Source of the DNA: Bacteroidales bacterium
Lineage (GTDB): Bacteria > Bacteroidota > Bacteroidia > Bacteroidales > PUMT01
Direction: 5' to 3'
Assembly (NCBI GenBank): GCA_007125955.1
Contig: SLCF01000008.1
Location: forward strand, 1,913-65,912
Length of the DNA: 64,000 nt
Under the pieces are notes generated by a model. That model was given only the letters and a program-made list of their open reading frames with translations, ran no database searches and had not been told where the DNA came from. Made by a program: the position numbers and the translations under genes. Below, piece after piece: positions 37,042-46,975 of this stretch; within the stretch, counting starts at the first letter, position 1; each line of letters starts with the position of its first letter.

Positions 37042-37389
37042 TGCCTCATCAGGTTTTTTTAAAAAAACTGAAAATTTTTAACCCATATTATACTTGTAAA
37101 AAAGAATCTCGTGAATCCCATCTATATATACACTTCTGTTTCTGACCAGTTCTTTGAAAACAGTCATTTTCCTTTAATTTCTTTATGACGATATTTTCAA
37201 ATATAATACGTCACTATAATTATAAAGTTCCTGATAATTTAAAAAAAGTAAAGGCTGCCGGAAAAAAAACTGACGGATCGGGGGAAAGGAGGTAAAAGGT
37301 CGGGATTTTATCTTCTTTTGAACCGTCAGTTTTGTGTATTTTCGACAACCTTTACAAAATTATTAACGAAATTTAAAAGAAAATAGTAT

Positions 37390-37638
37390 CTATTGATCGG
37401 CTACTACTTCTACAATTTCGGGATTATCCAGTTTTACAGCCTGTTCTACCCCGGCTTTAAGCGTTTGCATGCTGTAGGGACATCCGTGGCATGCACCCGT
37501 AAGGCGTACCTTAAGTATAAAATCATCAGTAAGATCAACTACTTCTATATCGCCTCCATCGGCCTGAAGATATGGTCTTACATTTTCCAGTGTGGTATCT
37601 ATACGCTTTAGCAGTTCCTCTTTTTTCTCTTTGTTCAT
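37390..37638 (-). CDS. NifU-like (Nfu) Fe-S cluster carrier domain protein
   Basis: 82 aa with the CxxC motif in LTGACHGCPYS. Confidence 0.8.
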   Translation of the reverse strand: MNKEKKEELLKRIDTTLENVRPYLQADGGDIEVVDLTDDFILKVRLTGACHGCPYSMQTLKAGVEQAVKLDNPEIVEVVADQ

Positions 37639-37704
37639 AACTGTTAATTTTAGTTTTTGTTTTCTGTTATCTGTTATTGATCTTGTTTCGACAAGACCAT
37701 GTTA

Positions 37705-38784
37705 TTATTTGGCAGATTTGTAACCGGTATGAATTTTACTTTTGTTGTGCATTTCAACCTGTTTTATTACATTAATAGCTAGTTCGTTGAATGCTTCAGT
37801 TGTGGGCAGTTCACTTAATGCCACCGGCTCCCCTTTATCACCTCCTTCACGTATCCCTTGCACTATCGGTATCTCTGCCAGAACAGGAATATTGAACTGC
37901 CTGGCCACTTTATCACACCCATTTTTACCGAATATATAATAACGGTTTTCAGGAAGTTCAAGTGGTGTAAACCAGGCCATATTTTCAACAAGTCCCAGAA
38001 CAGGAACATTTACATTTTTATCGTTGAACATACTAATGCCCCTTATAGCGTCTGCCAGGGCAATTTCCTGGGGTGTGCTGACTATTAAAGCGCCAGTAAG
38101 TGATACTTGCTGAACAAGTGTGAGATGGATATCACTTGTTCCGGGTGGCAGATCAAAAAGCATAAAATCCAATTCTCCCCAGTCAACTTCGGTAAGCATC
38201 TGACCAAGGGCCCGGGATGCCATGGGACCTCGCCAAACCACTGCATTGTCTGAACTTACAAAAAGACCTATTGATAAAAATTTCACTCCGTATTTTTCCG
38301 CCGGCACTATCATTTTATGACCGTTCCTTTCAACGGCATATGGTTTAAACTCCTCAGCATCCATCATCTTTGGGATGGAAGGTCCGAAAATATCTGCATC
38401 TATCAGTCCTGTACGGTAACCTTGTTTTGCAAGAGCAACAGCCAGATTGACCGCAACTGTTGATTTTCCAACCCCTCCTTTTCCTGAAGCAATTGCCAAT
38501 GTGTTTTTTACGCCCGGTAAAACCGGGAGTTCATCAGGCTCTCCGGCAATTTTCATGTTTATCTTAACATCAAGATTGCTGTCAATTGATTTAACGGCTT
38601 TTTCAACTACTTTCTTAAGTGATGATGAGAACGGATCCTTTTTCCCGGGGGAAACAAGTGATATTGAAACCTTGTTGCCTTCTATGCCGATACCGGCAAC
38701 CATTTTCAATGTAACCAGATCATTTCCAAGAGTTGGGTGTTTAATGTTCTTAAGTATTTCTTCAATCTGCTCTCTTTTTATCAT
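37705..38784 (-). CDS. mrp: Mrp/NBP35/ApbC-family Fe-S cluster carrier ATPase
   Basis: 359 aa. Has an N-terminal DUF59-like domain, the deviant Walker A IASGKGGVGKST, and DLPPGT. Confidence 0.85.
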   Translation of the reverse strand: MIKREQIEEILKNIKHPTLGNDLVTLKMVAGIGIEGNKVSISLVSPGKKDPFSSSLKKVVEKAVKSIDSNLDVKINMKIAGEPDELPVLPGVKNTLAIASGKGGVGKSTVAVNLAVALAKQGYRTGLIDADIFGPSIPKMMDAEEFKPYAVERNGHKMIVPAEKYGVKFLSIGLFVSSDNAVVWRGPMASRALGQMLTEVDWGELDFMLFDLPPGTSDIHLTLVQQVSLTGALIVSTPQEIALADAIRGISMFNDKNVNVPVLGLVENMAWFTPLELPENRYYIFGKNGCDKVARQFNIPVLAEIPIVQGIREGGDKGEPVALSELPTTEAFNELAINVIKQVEMHNKSKIHTGYKSAK

Positions 38785-38851
38785 CAGTGCTTATTTAAAC
38801 TTAAACTAAATTTTTATAACGAACCGGAACGTTTTTTATTATGTGAGGCGG

Positions 38852-39205
38852 CTAAGGCTTATTCAGTTCTGCAGATGGATCCCAAAATATTTTTTTAAAT
38901 TCGACAACCTTGTCATTTTCAACTTTTACCCCCTCATTTTCGAGCAGTTGCTGCATTGCAGTGGAAGTCCCGAAATGTCTTTTCCCGGTAAGGAGTCCGT
39001 TCCGGTTCAAAACCCTGTGGGCGGGAACAAAAGGTGATTGGGAAAATGACTTGTTGAGAGCCCAGCCTACCATAATAGCTGATCTTCCGGTACCAAGATA
39101 TCTCGCAATGGCACCGTATGATGTAACACGCCCCCCCGGCACAAGTCTGGTTACCTCATAAACACGTGAAAAAAAACAGTTATCTCTGTTACCGGATTTC
39201 TCCAT
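38852..39205 (-). CDS. Alkyltransferase-like (ATL) protein: MGMT DNA-binding fold without the acceptor cysteine
   Basis: VPGGRVTSYGAIARYLG helix-turn-helix block. The active-site motif reads VPAHRV instead of PCHRV. I prefer the ATG at 39205. Confidence 0.75.
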   Translation of the reverse strand: MEKSGNRDNCFFSRVYEVTRLVPGGRVTSYGAIARYLGTGRSAIMVGWALNKSFSQSPFVPAHRVLNRNGLLTGKRHFGTSTAMQQLLENEGVKVENDKVVEFKKIFWDPSAELNKP

Positions 39206-39240
39206 TTCTGTATATTTAAATATCAATCATGCCCTGCTCC

Positions 39241-39975
39241 CTAACAGTTCCCTGAATCAATACAGCTTCTGTTGTTTATTAAATCTTCGGGAGGCCATTC
39301 AACTGTTATATCCTCCGGTATTTTGAATTTGAGGTAATGTATCTTTTTCCCCCCGGATAAAAACTGCTCCTCATAGAATGTTTTAATGTACGGAGAGCTC
39401 TCTTCTATATCCGAATTGTAAAGATCGGCAGAAGATATAATAAGTTCAAGATTGTTGAATTTAATTACGTTAAGTGTAAAATAATAAAGTTCAGAAGAAT
39501 CTGTCTTCAGATGTAGCAGTCCGCCTTTTTTGAGAAACTCTTTGTACATATTCAGGAACCTTGGCGATGTAAGCCTCTTTTTTGGTTTTTTAGACTGAGG
39601 ATCGGGGAAAGGAAGCCATATGGCGGAAACCTCTTCATGAGAAAAAAAAGCATTGAGTAACTCGATACGGGTTCGCAAAAACCCAACATTTTTCAGAGAC
39701 TGCTGATAAACCTGCCTTGCTCCCTTCCATATCCTGGCTCCCTTTATGTCTACTCCCAGATAATTATTGCCGGGATATCTCTCTGCAAGACCGACGGTAT
39801 ATTCGCCTTTTCCACAACCCAACTCCAGTACCAGAGGATTCTTATTCCCGAAAAAATCGCTGTGCCACTTCCCGTAAAGAGAGTGTTTCTTGTTGAACAC
39901 CTCCCTGAAGGAAGGCTGCACAACGTGGGAATACCTGTCAATCTCCTCAAATTTTGCAATCTTGTTTTTCGGCAC
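39241..39975 (-). CDS. trmB: tRNA (guanine-N7)-methyltransferase
   Basis: 244 aa. LELGCGKGEYTVGLA SAM motif, FPDPQSKK and RLTSPRFL blocks. Confidence 0.85.
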   Translation of the reverse strand: MPKNKIAKFEEIDRYSHVVQPSFREVFNKKHSLYGKWHSDFFGNKNPLVLELGCGKGEYTVGLAERYPGNNYLGVDIKGARIWKGARQVYQQSLKNVGFLRTRIELLNAFFSHEEVSAIWLPFPDPQSKKPKKRLTSPRFLNMYKEFLKKGGLLHLKTDSSELYYFTLNVIKFNNLELIISSADLYNSDIEESSPYIKTFYEEQFLSGGKKIHYLKFKIPEDITVEWPPEDLINNRSCIDSGNC

Positions 39976-39998
39976 AATTAATAGGGTTTATTAATTGG

Positions 39999-40472
39999 TT
40001 ACTGATCATCAACTTTTTCAATGCGTACACCTACATCCGTAATTCCGGGCAGATCTTCAATGCGCATTGCCTGTTCAATTTCAAATGTATATTCCCCCGC
40101 TTCCGGAAAACGTACATACCTTCTGTATGGAAACCGGTTTTGCCAGATACTGCCAAACCCTTTTCCTGTCCATTCTCCTGAGGGATATGCAAGTATGCAT
40201 TCAACGGTGTCGCGGGTATAGGCACCTCCGGGTGCGGTAGTTGTTACAAATAAAAAAAGGTTGCTTTTCGGGTATTTCCCTGTATTTCGAATATTGATGT
40301 AGACATTGTAAGCATTGAGAGTATCTTCAATATCCACTTTAAACACCGGTATATCATAACGGCTCCATACACCATCAGAAACCCCCCGGTTTTCCTCATA
40401 TAATGTATTTTTATCGCAGGAGCAGAACAATATCGTAAAAACCGCAAATAGCAGATTAAATCTTTTTTTCAT
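39999..40472 (-). CDS. gldH: Gliding-motility lipoprotein GldH-like
   Basis: ~157 aa from the ATG (MKKRFNLLFAVFTILFCSCDKN, lipobox FCSC). Size, the YNVYINIRNTGKYPKSNLFLFV block and the position next to PSP1/holB fit GldH. Confidence 0.6.
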   Translation of the reverse strand: MKKRFNLLFAVFTILFCSCDKNTLYEENRGVSDGVWSRYDIPVFKVDIEDTLNAYNVYINIRNTGKYPKSNLFLFVTTTAPGGAYTRDTVECILAYPSGEWTGKGFGSIWQNRFPYRRYVRFPEAGEYTFEIEQAMRIEDLPGITDVGVRIEKVDDQ

Positions 40473-40548
40473 TTTTTGAGAAACAACTTTTTTTTTCAAA
40501 CCGTCAGTGGGGAAAATTTATATTTTCAGTTTTGCCGGGGCAAAACAA

Positions 40549-41703
40549 TTATTTATTTGTCTGTTGTTTTTTCTTCTTTCTCTTTTTTGCCGGCCCTTTA
40601 TTCTTGTCGTCAAAACGTGTTATACTCTCCTCCGCAATAAAATCGTTGTCATTAGGCACCTTGCCGGTTACCTGCTTATCTCCGGCAAGTTTTTTCGGTT
40701 TTTTCCCGGCTTTGTTAATTTCAATTATCTCATTTACCCTCTCCAGTTTAACAGGGATTAGATTGAGAGTGGAATCGGGATCAAAAGAGTACCATATTAT
40801 CCTTTTGTAAACGTCGGCTTTGACAAAATGAGCTGAACCCTCTTCTGTTTCGAGTACCTGGGAGACATCAGGAAAATCTTTCTTTGCATCCCTGTAACTG
40901 GCAACCTCGTAATTTATGCAACACTTCAGCTTGCTGCACTGACCAGCAAGCTTTTGGGGATTAAGCGATATTTCCTGAAGTCTGGCTGCATTACTTGTCA
41001 CCGATATAAAATTGGTAAGCCATGAACTGCAACAAAGTTCCCTGCCGCAGGAACCCAAACCGCCAATCCGGCCTGCTTCCTGACGTGCCCCAATCTGGCG
41101 CATTTCTATCCTTGCCTTGAACTTGTCGGCAAGAACCTTTATAAGCTCACGAAAATCAACCCTCTCTTCGGCAATGTAATAAAAAATAGCTTTTGTCTTG
41201 TCACCCTGGTACTCAACATCACCTATCTTCATATCAAGGTTGAGCGATTCTGCTATCTTTCTTGCCTCTAACATGGTTGTCCGCTCCAGGGAGATTGCCT
41301 CCTTCCACTTTTCAATATCGGCAGGTTTGGCTTTCCTGTAAACCTTTTTTAACTCCTCCTTTGAAGGATCTACCCCGTATTTTTTAATTTGCTGCAGAAC
41401 CAGTTCACCTGTTAGTGAAACTGCCCCTATATCATGGCCCGGTGATGCCTCGACCGCTACCAGATCGCCGGCATTGAGGTGCAGTCCGTTCACATTATAA
41501 TAAAACCCTTTCCTTGTATTCTTGAACCTGACCTCCACGATATCCACCTTGTTGGGTGCGGACGGCAATCCCGATAACCAGTCATTTACATTAAGACTGT
41601 TACAGGTACACTCTTTAATACACCCCTTCTCCGATCTTTCAATCAGTGAAGGACATCCCCTGCAGAGCATATCCGAATTATATGTAGTACCGTTGTTTGA
41701 CAT
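40549..41703 (-). CDS. PSP1 domain protein (RicT/YaaT-like)
   Basis: 384 aa. Has the PSP1 C-terminal block RIEMRQIGARQEAGRIGGLGSCGRELCCSSWL and a Lys-rich tail. Confidence 0.75.
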   Translation of the reverse strand: MSNNGTTYNSDMLCRGCPSLIERSEKGCIKECTCNSLNVNDWLSGLPSAPNKVDIVEVRFKNTRKGFYYNVNGLHLNAGDLVAVEASPGHDIGAVSLTGELVLQQIKKYGVDPSKEELKKVYRKAKPADIEKWKEAISLERTTMLEARKIAESLNLDMKIGDVEYQGDKTKAIFYYIAEERVDFRELIKVLADKFKARIEMRQIGARQEAGRIGGLGSCGRELCCSSWLTNFISVTSNAARLQEISLNPQKLAGQCSKLKCCINYEVASYRDAKKDFPDVSQVLETEEGSAHFVKADVYKRIIWYSFDPDSTLNLIPVKLERVNEIIEINKAGKKPKKLAGDKQVTGKVPNDNDFIAEESITRFDDKNKGPAKKRKKKKQQTNK

Positions 41704-41732
41704 CTTAATCCAGTTTGCAAAATTAGGAAAAA

Positions 41733-42863
41733 TTAGCTTTTTAGCAATCTTGCCATTTTCAGTCCCATATCAAAAAGCACAATTTTCCCATAAGCATTTT
41801 TTTCTATATGTACACTTGCCTTATTTATTTCATCGGCAATAGGTAAAACATTGCCGGTATTGACAAAACGGGAAAACCTGGATGAAAATTCTTTCTCCTG
41901 TGCTGAAAGATAAATTATGTCTTTTGCTTTCAGGTTGAGCATGAAATTCTCCCGGATCATCCTCGTAGCATATTTAAGGAATTGTTTCTGCTTTTCACGT
42001 CCGAGTGCTGACATTTCATCAACCCATGATGCGAGTGCAGCTATATCAGCCGCATAACAAATTCTCATGAAATTCACGAAATGGTTGAAAAAAAACTCAT
42101 TTTGCTCATCCTCTTTTATAACAGATAGTGCCTTCAAATAGTTGCCTTCAGACAGATGAACAATTCCGTCGATTTTCTCATTGCCTGAAATTCCCAACTC
42201 TTTCTTTATTGCATCAGCCATGCTCTCGCTGTCAACCGGGGGTATCCTGACTATCTGTGTCCGGGAAACAACAGTGGGGAGCATCTGGGAAGTATCTTCC
42301 GTTACCAGAATAAACAATGTATTGGGATACGGCTCCTCGAGAATTTTTAGCAACTTGTTTGCAGCGGTTAAGTTCATTTTCTCAGGTCTCCATACTATCA
42401 TCACCTTATAATCGGATTCAAACGTTTTCAATGAGAGTTTTTGTACAATCTCGAGGCTTTCATTTTTGTTTATCGCCCCCTGTTTGTTCTCCACTCCCAG
42501 CTTTTCGTACCATTGATATGGTTTTAGATAGGGGCTCTCCAGAAAAATTTCACGCCACAGTGAAATAAAGTCATCGCTTACTGGTTCTTTGTCCATACCT
42601 TTTGTTTTTGCTACAGGCAAAACAAAATGAAGGTCGGGATGTTCCAGCTTGCCATATTTCCTGCATGAGCTGCATTTACCACAAGAATCACTTTCCCCCC
42701 TTTCTTCGCAACTTATATACATCGCATATGCAACAGCCAGGGCAAGGCTGCCAAAACCTTCATCACCGAGAAACAGCTGAGCATGACTTATTCTCTGATC
42801 TCTTACAGTCTGAATGAGTTTACTCTTGATCTCTCCCTGTCCTATAATATTGGTGAAAAGCAT
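41733..42863 (-). CDS. holB: DNA polymerase III delta-prime subunit
   Basis: ISHAQLFLGDEGFGSLALAVAYA, zinc module CGKCSSCRK and LLKILEEP. I prefer the ATG (MLFTNIIGQ) at 42863. Confidence 0.75.
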   Translation of the reverse strand: MLFTNIIGQGEIKSKLIQTVRDQRISHAQLFLGDEGFGSLALAVAYAMYISCEERGESDSCGKCSSCRKYGKLEHPDLHFVLPVAKTKGMDKEPVSDDFISLWREIFLESPYLKPYQWYEKLGVENKQGAINKNESLEIVQKLSLKTFESDYKVMIVWRPEKMNLTAANKLLKILEEPYPNTLFILVTEDTSQMLPTVVSRTQIVRIPPVDSESMADAIKKELGISGNEKIDGIVHLSEGNYLKALSVIKEDEQNEFFFNHFVNFMRICYAADIAALASWVDEMSALGREKQKQFLKYATRMIRENFMLNLKAKDIIYLSAQEKEFSSRFSRFVNTGNVLPIADEINKASVHIEKNAYGKIVLFDMGLKMARLLKS

Positions 42864-43095
42864 TAAGAAATTTATTGTTGAGGAAAAATACAGAAAATAC
42901 AATGGAAACAACAAAGGTAATTAAAAAAATTGTTTATAGTTTTGTGTTGAAAACACTTCTCAAACAAAATATTTTGCCAATCCGCTCTTAACCAGATCAG
43001 TTATGCTGAATGTTTTGAAAACCGGTGTCGGGGGTTCATTTTTTTATTATATCTTGTATAAAAAACTATTTTCATTGTAAATAGCTTCTGTGAAA

Positions 43096-44292
43096 ATGAG
43101 ACATATTGACAGTTACAATTTTTCGGGGAAACGGGCTCTGATAAGAGTTGATTTTAACGTCCCTTTAAACGAAAATTTTGAAATTACAGACGACAACCGT
43201 ATAAGGGCTGCAATACCCACAATAAAAAAAATTACCGATTCAGGCGGTTCTGCTGTTATAATGTCCCATCTTGGACGTCCTGACGGATCTTATGAAGAAA
43301 AATACTCACTCAGGTATATAGTTCCTCATCTGTCAAAGCTGACAGGCAAAGAAGTTAAATTTGCAACTGACTGCATCGGGGATGAAACCGTTAAAATGGC
43401 CAACCAACTCCTGCCGGGCGAAATAATGCTGCTTGAGAACCTTCGCTTTTACAAGGCCGAAACAAAAGGCGACAGGGATTTTGCTAAAAAACTTGCTGAA
43501 CTTGCTGATGTTTATGTGAACGATGCTTTTGGAACAGCGCACAGGGCTCATGCATCAACTGCCAGAGTTTCAGAATTATTCGCAGAGGAAAAAATGTTCG
43601 GTTACCTTATGGAAAAGGAGCTTGAAAGCATGGAAAAAGTTCTGAACAAAGCGGAGAAACCTTTTACAACAATTATGGGCGGGGCTAAGGTATCAGAGAA
43701 AATACTTATCATTGAAAACCTCCTCAACCAGGTTGATAATCTGATAATTGGCGGCGGACTTGCCTATACTTTCATAAAAGCAAGTGGGGGCAAAACAGGT
43801 TCATCCTCAGTTGAAGAAGACAGGATTGAAATAGCAAAAAAACTTGTTTCCATTGCAAAAGAGAAGGGGGTAAACCTGGTTCTGCCGGTCGATAATGTTG
43901 TAGCTGACAAGCTTTCCAATGACAGCAAAACAAAAGAGGTCCCCATTGATGAAATCCCCGATGGATGGATGGGACTTGACATTGGAGCCAAAACCATTGA
44001 GAAGTTCACATCAATAATAAAAAGTTCAAAAACAATCCTGTGGAACGGCCCGCTTGGTGTTTTTGAAATAGAAAAGTTTGAGAATGGTACTAAAAGCATC
44101 GCCAATGCAATATCAGAAGCCACATCAAACGGGGCTTTCTCACTTATTGGAGGAGGGGATTCAGTTGGTGCCATAAAAAAATACAAACTTGAAAACAAAG
44201 TGAGTTTTGTTTCAACCGGTGGCGGAGCAATGCTTGAATATATGGAGGGGAAAATACTTCCCGGAATAGAAGCAATAAGGGGAAGCGAATAA
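43096..44292 (+). CDS. pgk: Phosphoglycerate kinase
   Basis: [32 protein letters not shown] and STGGGA blocks. ATG at 43096; a GTG two codons upstream is also possible. Confidence 0.95.
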   Translation: MRHIDSYNFSGKRALIRVDFNVPLNENFEITDDNRIRAAIPTIKKITDSGGSAVIMSHLGRPDGSYEEKYSLRYIVPHLSKLTGKEVKFATDCIGDETVKMANQLLPGEIMLLENLRFYKAETKGDRDFAKKLAELADVYVNDAFGTAHRAHASTARVSELFAEEKMFGYLMEKELESMEKVLNKAEKPFTTIMGGAKVSEKILIIENLLNQVDNLIIGGGLAYTFIKASGGKTGSSSVEEDRIEIAKKLVSIAKEKGVNLVLPVDNVVADKLSNDSKTKEVPIDEIPDGWMGLDIGAKTIEKFTSIIKSSKTILWNGPLGVFEIEKFENGTKSIANAISEATSNGAFSLIGGGDSVGAIKKYKLENKVSFVSTGGGAMLEYMEGKILPGIEAIRGSE

Positions 44293-44299
44293 GGCCGGT

Positions 44300-45718
44300 T
44301 TAATTTTCCTCCTTCTCTGTCAGTTTTTTTAGTCTTTCTATCTGCCTGCGCTTGTTTACTTCACGAAGCTTCCTGGCTGTTTCGGTATAATACTGGTGTT
44401 TTCTGATAAACTTGATCTGGAGCCTGTTCCACTCATCTATTGAACCAACCATATTTCTCTCTTTCAGTTCGTTGTACAGCAAGTTTGAAACCGGCACGAA
44501 GTCGCTTCTTCCAAGGTAATCGAGATCAGAATCACAGATTATCTCCTCGAGTAGATTTTTTGGCTCCGGGGGCATCTTTGTAGCCATAATGAGCTCTTCA
44601 ATAGTATCAAGCTCATCGTTGGTATAATCGTATTTTTTAAGAACCCTGCGGGCAAACCTCACGCCGGCTTCCTCGTGCCCGTCGTAAGACTCTATATGGC
44701 CGGCATCATGAAACAGTGCTGCAGTTTTCAGAAGCAGAACCTCTTTTTCCGTCACACCCTCCGCCCAGCCTATCAGCTCAACTTCTGTTATTACATCTAT
44801 TGTATGTTTTATATTGTGATAATAAAGGCCGCCGGGCAGCTCCCTCTCCATTTTATCAAGAACCGCTTCTTGTATATCTGTGAACTGTATCAGCCGAAGC
44901 CTTGTGTAAAAATTACTCCCTGGAAGCAAACCTCCCCCGTTTTCTGAAATATCCGGTCTGATACCTGTTACATAATACATTGTAAGATCACTGGTATACT
45001 TTACCGGCATCCTGCCATTAAAATCGCATGTAAAAAACTCCTTTACAAGTTCGAATGTATTTACAGAAATTGTAAGCTTTCCCTTGCTGCATGCAGCTCC
45101 TAATCTGCTGGCCACATTAACGGTATCGCCTTTTATTTCACTGATGTTTTTGTTCCTTCCGGACAATACTGCTGTAACAAGTCCGGTATGAATCCCGATA
45201 CGTAGCTCCCATATATTGAACCTGTTATTATCTGCCTTCAAAATTTCAAGATGCCCTGACATTTCATATGCAGCAAGAACAACCTCTACCGGATTTGTAC
45301 TGTTCTTTTCAGGGATACCCCCTGCATACATAAATGTGTCTCCGATAGTTTTAACTTTTCTCATGTTGTATTTCCTGGCAATGATATCAAATTCACGCAT
45401 CAATCCGTCAAGATCATCCATATAACCCAGGGAAGGTGTTTCACCAGATATTTTTGAAAACCCTTTGATTTCGGCATAAAGAACAGTTGCCATCCGGAAT
45501 TTGAGAACTGACAATCCCTGTTCAACGATTTCCTTTTGGGCCGGTTTTTCAATAGCCTCTATTGTTCTTTCATACTCTTCGATCTTTTTGAAAAGCTCTT
45601 CATTCTCTTTGGCCAGCTCCTGTATCCTTCCGGCAAGCACCTTGTTGTGTTTTGCAAGTGCAGATATCCTCCTGGCCAGCTCCTTATCACCGCTTCTTTG
45701 AATTTCCTTCTTGTTCAA
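44300..45718 (-). CDS. Class III adenylate/guanylate cyclase domain fused to a C-terminal HD phosphohydrolase domain, with an N-terminal coiled coil
   Basis: 472 aa with a TTG start. Cyclase blocks are ATVLYAEIKGFS, KTIGDTFMYAGG, RIGIHTGLV and GDTVNVASRL. HD blocks are YHNIKHTIDV and ALFHDAGH. Confidence 0.75.
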   Translation of the reverse strand: MNKKEIQRSGDKELARRISALAKHNKVLAGRIQELAKENEELFKKIEEYERTIEAIEKPAQKEIVEQGLSVLKFRMATVLYAEIKGFSKISGETPSLGYMDDLDGLMREFDIIARKYNMRKVKTIGDTFMYAGGIPEKNSTNPVEVVLAAYEMSGHLEILKADNNRFNIWELRIGIHTGLVTAVLSGRNKNISEIKGDTVNVASRLGAACSKGKLTISVNTFELVKEFFTCDFNGRMPVKYTSDLTMYYVTGIRPDISENGGGLLPGSNFYTRLRLIQFTDIQEAVLDKMERELPGGLYYHNIKHTIDVITEVELIGWAEGVTEKEVLLLKTAALFHDAGHIESYDGHEEAGVRFARRVLKKYDYTNDELDTIEELIMATKMPPEPKNLLEEIICDSDLDYLGRSDFVPVSNLLYNELKERNMVGSIDEWNRLQIKFIRKHQYYTETARKLREVNKRRQIERLKKLTEKEEN

Positions 45719-45921
45719 CTGAATCTCCTTTTTATTTAAATTACACTTTACATTACATGAAAAAAGGCAAATGGTTTCATAAATGGGTCACTTTTTCCCT
45801 TTATCTTTAAAAAGCAGCAATGGCAAAACAATAAATAGGTTTATATTAGCATTGATAAGAAAGAGGCAAACAAATTTGAGATTTGTGCCCAAAAATAGTC
45901 TGTTTTTGTCTTTAAACCGGA

Positions 45922-46914
45922 ATGAAAGAAAGGAATGAAATAGTAAAGAATATTTTTTCAGTTACGACGGGTGAAGAATTTTCTCATCTGGCAATGGATA
46001 TTTTTTTCTACCAGGCAAGACAAAACAGCATTTACAGGAGCTATATCAATAATCTGGGTAAATCGCCGGACATGATCAAAGAACCCGGCGAAATACCGTT
46101 CCTCCCTGCCTCCTTTTTCAAAACACACCAGGTGAAAAGCGGCTGCTTCCAGTCAGATGCTGTATTTAACACCAGCGGCACAACCGGTAACCACCCGGGC
46201 AGGCACTATATAAGAAGTCTCACGCTATACGAGGAAAGCCTGCGGAAAGGCTTTGAATATTTTTACGGGGATATAACGGATTATTGTGTTATTGCCCTGA
46301 TTCCTGAGAGTTCTGGTAGCCTGAACTCTTCACTGTTCTATATGGCAACAAAACTGATAAAATGGAGCGGTAACAGGCTTAGCGGATTTTACCGGGACAG
46401 CATGAACAGGATTGCAGACACAATTCAAAGGCTGAAAGGGAAAAAGGAAAAAGCTTTGATATTCGGAGTAAGCTATGCAATTCTTGACTATGCGGAGAAA
46501 TTTAGTTGTCCCTCTGAAAATTTAATAGTTATTGAAACCGGCGGAATGAAAGGGCGGAGAAAAGAGCTCACAAGGGAAGATCTTCATAACAAAATTGGAG
46601 AAAAACTTAAAATTGACAATGTTCACTCAGAATACGGAATGACCGAGTTAATGTCACAGGCATATTCAAAAAACGGGGGACGTTTTTACAGCCCCCCGTG
46701 GATGAGAATCGTTATACGTGATATGTATGACCCATTTGAATATCTGCCTGCAGGAAAAAGCGGTGCCATCAATATAATAGATCTTGCAAATATCGACTCA
46801 TGTTCATTCATTGAAACTTCCGATCTTGGAAAAACCAATGATGATGGCACTTTTGAGGTGCTGGGACGTTTTGACCACAGCGATCTGAGAGGCTGCAGTC
46901 TCCTGATGGAATAA
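45922..46914 (+). CDS. LuxE-like acyl-protein synthetase / adenylate-forming family protein, function unknown
   Basis: 330 aa. IPFLPASFFK, FNTSGTTG and ETGGMKGRR blocks. Confidence 0.55.
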   Translation: MKERNEIVKNIFSVTTGEEFSHLAMDIFFYQARQNSIYRSYINNLGKSPDMIKEPGEIPFLPASFFKTHQVKSGCFQSDAVFNTSGTTGNHPGRHYIRSLTLYEESLRKGFEYFYGDITDYCVIALIPESSGSLNSSLFYMATKLIKWSGNRLSGFYRDSMNRIADTIQRLKGKKEKALIFGVSYAILDYAEKFSCPSENLIVIETGGMKGRRKELTREDLHNKIGEKLKIDNVHSEYGMTELMSQAYSKNGGRFYSPPWMRIVIRDMYDPFEYLPAGKSGAINIIDLANIDSCSFIETSDLGKTNDDGTFEVLGRFDHSDLRGCSLLME

Positions 46915-46975
46915 CTTTACCTCCGGGCGGTATTTCACGCAAGGAATCCCCCTTGCCTCAATTATGAATATTTTC

